From positions 60,064,051 to 60,123,589 of the forward strand of contig NC_068990.1 in NCBI RefSeq assembly GCF_001194135.2: a stretch of 59,539 bases of DNA, given 5' to 3'. Positions 50,268 to 59,539 of this stretch are shown here, piece after piece (position 1 is the first letter of the stretch; each line of letters opens with the position of its first letter). The stretch comes from Octopus bimaculoides (taxonomy: Eukaryota). Below the pieces are notes generated by a model. It saw nothing but the letters and a program-made list of their open reading frames with translations, searched no databases and was not told where the DNA came from. A program made the position numbers and the translations under genes.

Positions 50268-51092
50268 TGGTGAATGAATTTGCAAAAATGAAAATATGAA
50301 AATAACAATGACATCTCATTTTAAAAGATGCATCTACCAAAATTACATAAAAATATCTTGAAATACTAAAGAGTAAATTTATTCAATGAAATTGCCTTTG
50401 GCTTCAATCATGGCCTCCAGACGACTTCAGAATCTCCTGCAAATCTTCTGGATAGTCTCCCTGTTTAAGTTGGTGAATGCTGCCATAATCCTTGCCTTCA
50501 GTTCATCTTTGGTGTTACAAGGAGTTTTGTTGGTCTGTCACTCAACTGCACCCCACACATGATAATGAAGTGGGTTGCTGTCTGGGAAGTTAGGTGGTCA
50601 GATGTTAGGGGTGATGTGGTCACAGAAATTGTCTGATAGCCACTTGTGTGGCATGATGCAGAGTCCTGTTGCCAGACATTTGGTCTTCCAGTAGCCACCC
50701 ACTTGACCCAGGGCGGCACTAACTCCTCCAGGCACTTGATGTAGGCCTCCATGTTGGATCTGAGGCCATGTGTCACCATCACTAGTGATCACTCCAAACA
50801 CCATGATATTGACTGGATGTTTGATTTTTATCACTCTCGGTACATGTACTGTCCTCAGATTGATACCCAGCCACTCTGAAATATTCATATTGGAGCTTCT
50901 GGCATGAATGCCAAGCAGTACAGCATGTCGTTTCCAAATTTCTGGGTGAGTGAATTGTATCATGGTGCTGTTTTTCTCAGACAGTGCCCAACTTACCCTA
51001 CTATACTGTGTAGTTGACAAAATCAAAAACAAACAATGTGCATGTCCGAAATTAAAAATATAAAATGGCGACAATTTACCTATCGCACCCTG
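50268..51092 (-). mobile_element. Internally deleted DD37D (maT) transposon
   Basis: TIR gacaatttacctatcgcaccctg|TA; remnants EIWKRHAVLLGIHA, NIMVFGVITSDGD, WQQDSASCH; the other end lies in the gap. Confidence 0.9.
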
Positions 51093-51094
51093 TA

Positions 51095-51335
51095 TGTATC
51101 TGTGCGTCTGTCTTTATGTCTGTGTTTGTCTCCCACCACCACTTGACAACCAGTGTTGATGTGTTTACATTTCAATAACTTAGTGGTTCGGCAAAGAGAA
51201 ATTGATAGAATAAGTGCCAGGCTTGAGAAGAAAAAGTTTTGGGGTCGATTTATTCGACTAAAATCCTTCAAGGCAGTGCCCCAGCATGTTCGCAGTCAAA
51301 TGACTGAAACAAGTAAAAGGATAAAACCATAAAAG
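51095..51335 (+). mobile_element. SINE family A tail
   Basis: gtctttatgtctgtgtttgtctccc...tgactgaaacaagtaaaagg. Confidence 0.8.
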
Positions 51336-51584
51336 TATCTATATATATATATATATATATATATATGAGGACAGCTGCATAAAGAAGTGCTGAGCTCTAA
51401 TTGTGGAAGGTACCTGTGGAATGGGTAGACCCAGTAAGTGGGTCAAAGTGGTGAGAAAGGATCATTGCATGTTGGGCCTCACTAAGGAAATGACAAAGGA
51501 CTGGAAGATGTCGTGATTTGCTGTACTTCATAAGACATGTCAATCTAAGCAAAATCGCTGTTTCCTACACATATAGGCTTGTCC

Positions 51585-51835
51585 TTTCAGGTGCTGGTGA
51601 CACTTAAAAAGCACCCATGCTGCCCATGCTGCATAAATGCACCCATGCCTGTGGAATGTAAAAAGCACCCACCACACTTTGTTAAGTGGTTGGCATTAGG
51701 AAGGGTATCTAGCCATAGAAACCATGCCACAACAGACAGGTTGGAGTCTGGACAGCTTCCTGCTAATCAGCTCCATGTCAAACTGTTCAACCCATGCAAG
51801 CATGGAAAGTGAACATTAAACGATGATGATGATGA
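51585..51835 (+). mobile_element. SINE-like family C
   Basis: Homology to 34375. Confidence 0.75.
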
Positions 51836-52884
51836 TATCTTCATTTCCTTTATTTCATACTTTTCTTCTCTTGCAAAATACTTTCGAATAAGATTTTATA
51901 ATGGTTTCCAATAGTCTGGACTTTTGTCATCTACTATGACACACTGATGGTCCAAATAAAATATTTATTCATGGATTTCATTCTGTCATCAATATTTATC
52001 ATTAAAGGAATTAATATGAATATCATTGTAGTATGATAATAGAATGTATTAAGAAACTAACAACTGTAGCAAATCTGTCTATGATTGTATATCAATAATA
52101 AAATATAGCTAATGAAGCTATATTTTCATGTTTTCTTTATATAGAAACCTAAAGGTTTTATATAAATAGCTGTCTTGTCTTAATGCAATCAGTAGAAGTA
52201 AATACGTCATCTGATTATTTCCCTTTGATTTTTAGTCCCTCTTTTCATCTCTGTGACTCAAAGATGCTTTTTGCTTTGATTTTTAATTAAGCAAGAAAGA
52301 AGAGAAATATCTGTAACCAAGTTGTAAGAAGAAGAAATTCACTAAAATTAGTAAGCAATTTATAACATCAAAGCTAATCAGTGTTTGGCGCTGGGAAAGA
52401 TTAAATGCGGTTAATACAATAGAGGCAGAAAACATACAAATGTGAAACACTTAAACATGGTACTGATCCACTGAAAAATATTCTGCAGTCACAAAAAAAT
52501 TAATAAAATAAAAAAATCTAAGAATTAAAAAAATAAACAGGGAATTGAAGCACAAAAGAAACCAGGAAAAGCGTGATTTTTACCACTTTATAATTTATTT
52601 TACTGCTATTTCCTGTTATTGGTCATATTAAGATCAGGATGGTGGTATGGAGTGGAAGAAATGGAAGCATGCAGAACTACATGACTACCAATATTAGTCT
52701 AATTCTGTTATATTCTGAGTTCAAAACTGACTGATACCTGTTTTATCCTTCATTTCTCCAAGAGCAATAAAACACATGTATCACTGATTTAATGATTTTA
52801 AATTTTTAGCAAAGGGCTGCAGTTTTTGAGGGGGCCAGGGGAGTTGTTTACATTGACCTGACTACATTATTTGACTAGTACAAG

Positions 52885-53050
52885 GCAGTGAACTGGCAGA
52901 ATTGTCAGCATGCCAGGCGAAATGCTTGGCAGTATTTCATCTGCCACTATGTTCTGAGTTCAAATTCTGCTGAGGTTGACTTTGCCTTTCATACTTTTGG
53001 GGTCAATAAATTAAGTACCAGTTGAGTACTGGGGTTGATGTAATCAAAAG
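52885..53050 (+). mobile_element. SINE family B
   Basis: Family homology. Confidence 0.85.
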
Positions 53051-53209
53051 AGGAAAAACAGAATTTGAACCTAGAAGGCAGAGAATCAAAACAAATACTG
53101 CAAGGCATTTTGTCCTATGATCTTATAATTAAGACAAAGAAATAATTATTGTTAACATAATTTGAGAATTGAATAATTTAGAATTCTTGAAACAAAGTCT
53201 TTAGCCTAT

Positions 53210-53600
53210 AGGTGCAGGCATGGCTGTGTGGTTAAGAAACTCACTTTACAGCCACAGGGTTTCAGGTTCAACCCTCACCTTAGGCAAGCATCTTCCACTC
53301 TAGCCATGGATTGAGCAATGCCTTGTGGGTGAATTTGGTAGATGGAGACTTTGTGGCAAGCCTGTTGTGTGCGTGTGTGTGTGTGTGCACGCGCACGCGT
53401 GTATGTGTGTGTGTGCATGTGTGATTGTGTTTGCATTTAGTGTCCCCCACCTTGTGATTTTGCAGTTTGGCAAAAAGACCTATGGAATAAGCACCAGACT
53501 TCAAATTAAGTACTGAGCTTAATTTTTTCTAGCTGAACCCTTCAAAGAAGTGCTCCATCATGGCCACAGTTAAATGACTGACACAACTAAAATATAAAAG
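53210..53600 (+). mobile_element. SINE family A
   Basis: Family homology. Confidence 0.8.
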
Positions 53601-54545
53601 ACACTTCTAATATTTAGTTACATTACGTTAGATTCCAAATTTAGATTCCTTCCAGTTTCACTTCACCTTTCTGCCTTCCAAGTTTGATAAAATAAGATAA
53701 CTAGCAGGCAAAGTACTGAGGCCAATATAATTGACTAAAACTCTCAAAGGCACTGCTCTAGTATGGCCACAGTTCAATGAATGAAACCAGTGAAAGAATA
53801 AAAGAATGGTTTAGCAGAAGCCAAAGTAAATCTGATCTCCATTGAATATATTTCTGTCAGCAGCAGCAACCTGCATTTGAACAATGTAACCTATATGAAT
53901 AGAATGCTTGTCTGTAATGATTGATTTTGTAGCTTGATTTAATGGTCAACATCCTATTAGTTGTAGTCTTCTGAGCATATAATTAAGATGTCAGTCGAGT
54001 AGAAAATTCTCAGAGTGGAACCAATTCAGAAATTGTTGGATAAATAAATGGTTATTCTCTTACATTGACAATAGTAAAGTTTTACAATGTTTTACAATTA
54101 TCTTTCCATGGGTCCTTTTGGCATGACCATAGCTTCAAATATTTATTATGCCCTTTTAACATTTGCATGTTTTTTCTCTCTCTACCAAAACAAAATTGAT
54201 ATAAATCACAATGAAATATTCCCCAATGGTCATTTTTTTTTATGTCATATTAGCTATGCTCCACATCTAGTTTTGTCTTTCACGGCCCAAGTTAAAAAAA
54301 GATTGTTTTGTTTTGCAGCCATGTGTTTTCGCAGGTTTCATCCTATTGTTTGGCATATCAGGAAAGTGTTTTCCATGAAAGCCTTGCCATAATCAATGTT
54401 TTATGAGTGAGAATAAGTGGGTAAAAACTGTGCAGAAGCCCACTGTTTGTGTGTGTGTGCCTGCCTGCATGAATTTGTATATGCACATGCGTATTTGTGT
54501 GTGCATGCGCACGTGTGTGTGTGCGCGGGGTTGCACACATCCATA

Positions 54546-55400
54546 CATGGTGTTTGGGCTAAATTTGACAGTTTGCATAAAAGGTAAAAAAAAACAATAT
54601 CACATCCAAAAATGAAAATATTTTTAAAGAATCAAAAACATTTCAACTACATTATGGCTAGGACATAACAGTTTACACTAAGTAACCACTGTCAGCTTTC
54701 ACCAGGGCCTCAGGATGGTTCTGGAACCGAGCATATCCATTTTTCACTGTGTCCCTTTGAAGATCTTTTAAACATCCCTTTGATCTGGGTCACCTGCTTG
54801 GCCTTGGTGTCGCAGGCAGAGCAAGCTGGTGTCTTTTCCAACCATGCTCCACACATAGTAATCCATGGGATTACATTTGGGGGAATAAGGAGGCCAGAAA
54901 CTGGTGCTGTTGAAGCCATAGAAATCTTCTGACAACTACTTCTAACTCTTTCCTGAGATATGGCAAGGTGCTGAATCCTGCTGCCACAAATATGGCATTC
55001 CAGCAGCAACCCTTTCCAGCCAGGGTTTGACCACAGTCTCCAGCAGCTTCACATAGCTGCCTGAATTGAGTCTAAGGCCTTGTTCAAAGAGGTAGGGCTG
55101 AATTCTGGAGTGCAGACACAGTCAGAATCCATGCTGTGTTCCTTCCTGCCTGCCATGGCTTCATAGTTTCCATTGTAGCTGTCCATGTCATGTCTTATAG
55201 CCCTTACAGTGTTCACAGAGCATTGAGCAGCAGTCATGATAGTAGTTGTTTGGCTGTTTTTAGAGATGATGCCAAACCATTTTTCAATGTTTATTTTTAG
55301 AAATGATGACAGCAGTACTTTTTGGAGATTTTTTGGTGTTTTAGTTATAGGGATAAGATTTTTAAACCCCAAATAAGATTAATTTAATCATTGTTTGTTA
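54546..55400 (-). mobile_element. Second DD37D (maT) subfamily relic
   Basis: Minus-strand WQQDSAPCH...FWPPYSPKCNPMDYYVW with 37-residue spacing and two stops; TA|catggtgtttgggctaaatttgac TIR-like end; the other end is not found. Confidence 0.8.
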
Positions 55401-55524
55401 AGCTTGGGTTTGAACTTCTTAATAAAGTCCTTTTCTCTTAGTTTTCTCTCAATTTCATCCAGGTTGTAAAGTTTATGAAATGGAAATATCATAAAAGTTT
55501 TTCGACCACATGTTGCCAGATGGT

Positions 55525-55760
55525 TACTCAGTGGTATTTGGCAGACTTCTGGATTTTTAATTTGTTGTCAATGCACACGCAAGCATAATATTTCCATTTC
55601 ATAAACTTTATGTTCCGAGTTCAAATACCACCAAGGTCGACTTTGCCTTCCATCTTTTCGGGGCTGATAAAATAAGTGCCAGTTGAGCACTGGAGTTGAT
55701 GTAATTGACTTACCCCTCTGCTGCCAAATTTGCAGACCTTGTGCCAAAATTTGAAACCCA
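55525..55760 (+). mobile_element. SINE family B
   Basis: ccgagttcaaataccaccaaggtcgactttgcc homology. Confidence 0.75.
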
Positions 55761-55974
55761 TTTTCATACAGCAACATTTGAATTAAACAAATGAAAGAAG
55801 AAGTGGCTATTGATGGTGCAATTAAATTGATTTTGCAACCTTAAATGGAGAATGAGCATGAAAGATAATTTTGTTTAGAGCTTAATCCCACAGAGCATGC
55901 AAAGCATAGTATTATTGAAGATTAATCTGAATAAAGTTCAGTGTTTCTCTTTGGATCACATTCTATCAATTGTC

Positions 55975-56412
55975 TCACCTTTACATTTTACCTTTTAATT
56001 GTTTCAGCCGTGGTGAGACTGCGGCCATGTTGGGGCACCGCCTTGAAGAATGTTTTTGGTGGAATAAATCATCCCCAGTACTTTTTGTTTTTTTAAGCCT
56101 GACAGTTATTCTATCAGTCTCTTTTGCTGAACCACTAATTCACTGGGATGTCAACACACCGACACCAGTTCTCAAGCAGTGATGGGGGACAAATGCAGAC
56201 ACAAACACACACACACATACATATATGTATGCATGTATATACATATATGATGGGCTTCTTTCAGTTTCCATTTATTAAATCCACTCACAAGGCTTTGGTT
56301 GGTCCAAGGCTATAGTAAAACACACTTGCCCAAGCTGCTACACAGTGGGACTGAACCTACGACCATGGGGTTGGGAAGCATGCTTCTTACAACACAGCCA
56401 TGCCTGCACCTA
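55975..56412 (-). mobile_element. SINE family A
   Basis: Family homology. Confidence 0.85.
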
Positions 56413-57384
56413 GTCTGAGTTTTTATTTTAATTTAAGGATTTTTAAGTTAAAGGCTTTCTCTTTCATGATATTTCCAAAATCTGAAGCTTTTTGTTTTTA
56501 ACACATATAAAGAGAGGAGGAATCTCAGATAGGTAGAATTCTGGACTGGGGGAGGGGGGTATTTAATTCTTAAGTTGAAGAGAAGAGTTAAATAGAATAA
56601 ATGTTGAATCAAACAAACGAATTTTGGAAGAGAATATTATACTGTCAACAGTCACCAATTCATGATGAACTTCAATTTATGGGATGACTCTTTCAGTCAC
56701 ACAATGTTAACATACATTAAAAAAGTATTCTGTTGTGTTTCAAAATGATAATGTAATAAGTACATATCTGTACACACATACATGCATACATACATACATG
56801 CACATGTGTGTGTATATGTATATATGTATGCATGTGTGTATGTGTAAGAATTTTCCTGCAACAGAAAGAAAAATCAGTTTCTGTGCATATCATGAATGGA
56901 ATAAACAAAATTTGATTATCCTTTGAAATATCTATTCCCATGAAAATTAGGTTTCTTTTAGGAATTAGATTGAAATCATGTTCTATTGAATTTATAGAAA
57001 AATAAAATACTTCAACCAAAAATTGTAGCATAAATAAAAGAATTAACAGAAATATAATAAAAGAAAAAAAAATACAGTCAAAAACACACAAAAAAAAATA
57101 AAACAATGCAACTTGATGAATGCATGGTTGTGAAGCCTTAGACAAATAAATAATTTTATTTAACATTGAAAGGAAAGCTTTGATAAATCTAATATTGTAA
57201 TATGTTTAATATATTTTTAATAACTTAACATATTCCTTAAAAAAAAAAAAACCTGTTTAGGTTGACAGAAGAACTGATAGATGCAAATCTTGAAAGTTCA
57301 AATGGGTTTGTTGCTAAAATATATACATACATACATACATGCAGACAGACAATCTAAGAAATAAGAACCAACAGTAAGGTCAAA

Positions 57385-58045
57385 GAAATAGGAACCTACA
57401 GTATGGTAGAAGCCATAGACACTCATAATGAAAAGGAGTACTGGTGGAATGTCCCAGTGTAAACCTCAATAAATATAAACATAATAGACCTGACATAGTA
57501 ATTTGGGATGGAGAAGAGAAACTGTGTACAGTTGGGAAAATCGGCTGTCCAGCAGATGTTAATATAAAGTTACAGGTCAGCGAAAAAGAAAATACTTATG
57601 CTGAACTATTGAAGAATCTACAGCTACTCTAACCACACTATAAGTTCAGGTTTATACCTGTAATTATTTGGGCACTGGGATATGTAACACACTGCCTAAA
57701 TACCAGTTTTGAGAAATTAGGCTTCTCAAAATCAGAAAGGAGAAAGCTGATTTGAAGATTACAGATTCAGGCCATTACTATAACTAAAAATCTAAAACTT
57801 TCCAGAAGTTTATCATTTAAGTATATATGATCATGTCTAGACATGCAACAATACACATGAGAATATATACATAAAACAAAGGAAACATCTTTACTCATAC
57901 ATACATACATACATACATACGTACATACAAAAATACCCTGTTGATGTTGTTGAAATTCCAGTGAAGGAACCTTGGATCTAGGTTAGAAACTGGTTCTTTC
58001 TCAATTGGTAAGGAATCTAGAAATAAAACTGAATAATGGCATACA
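57385..58045 (+). mobile_element. Restriction-like-endonuclease non-LTR retrotransposon 3' end (R4/NeSL-like) plus probable 3' UTR
   Basis: HNRPDIVIWD...IGCPADVN...EKENTY...PVIIWALG; embedded in (TACA)n/(TA)n. Confidence 0.75.
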
Positions 58046-58434
58046 TAAATACATATATATATATATATATATATTGTTGACAACACATAGAAGAAGGTAC
58101 TTTTTTCCACTCACCAAAATGAATGGAGCATTGGCTAGGAGGAGCTGACAACATCAGATGGTATCCAACGACCATCAGGTATTTTAATCCTCTGTTGGTG
58201 GGTTGGCACCCACCCATTGGTTGGTCAGCAGAGGTGACCAAATCTCATCCTGTGCACAGCTACCCTTCACTCCTTTCCTCTCACTCCAATGGCTGTAAGC
58301 ATCCTCCATACCGACTGGGCAGGGAACCTCCTACAGCCAACCTTGACTGGGATGATGTCACAAAACTTGACTTAAAAATGACTCAGCTGATTCTGTCATG
58401 TGGTGCTCTTAAGGTAAGAAAAGAAACTATAGAT

Positions 58435-59539
<1,105 letters not shown>

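Noticed and set aside
57961-58000. Third hammerhead (AACCT/AGGTT stem followed by GAAAC)
   Set aside because: The upstream core reads GTGAAGG rather than CTGANGA, and no stem I is evident.

Overview
AT-rich, microsatellite-dense metazoan genomic DNA from a gapped draft assembly (three N-gaps, each flanked by simple repeats). The SINE repertoire (tRNA-headed CORE-type SINEs, an RTE-tail element) looks like octopus (inference). I recognise no host protein-coding gene: almost every ORF in the supplied track is a microsatellite, N-gap or transposon artefact, so the window is probably intronic or intergenic. It is a layered mobile-element landscape: four SINE-like families; R4/Dong-like and RTE LINE fragments; a Penelope-like element; DD37D (maT) and mariner transposon relics; hAT, piggyBac, pogo and unclassified MITEs; a Helentron-like element; and a solo LTR. 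The main findings are: (1) a 375-bp fold-back element at 35855-36229 whose apex is a complete minimal hammerhead ribozyme; (2) a second hammerhead downstream of a tRNA-like Pol III promoter in the Penelope-like element, whose inverted arm starts at the predicted cleavage site; (3) a MITE with an 8-bp TSD and a central telomere-repeat palindrome; (4) a 90-bp tandem whose hairpins show compensatory change; (5) a fold-back with a 45-bp perfect stem overlapping candidate minus-strand exons (possible ADAR substrate). All alignments were done by eye; SINE and LINE boundaries are approximate.
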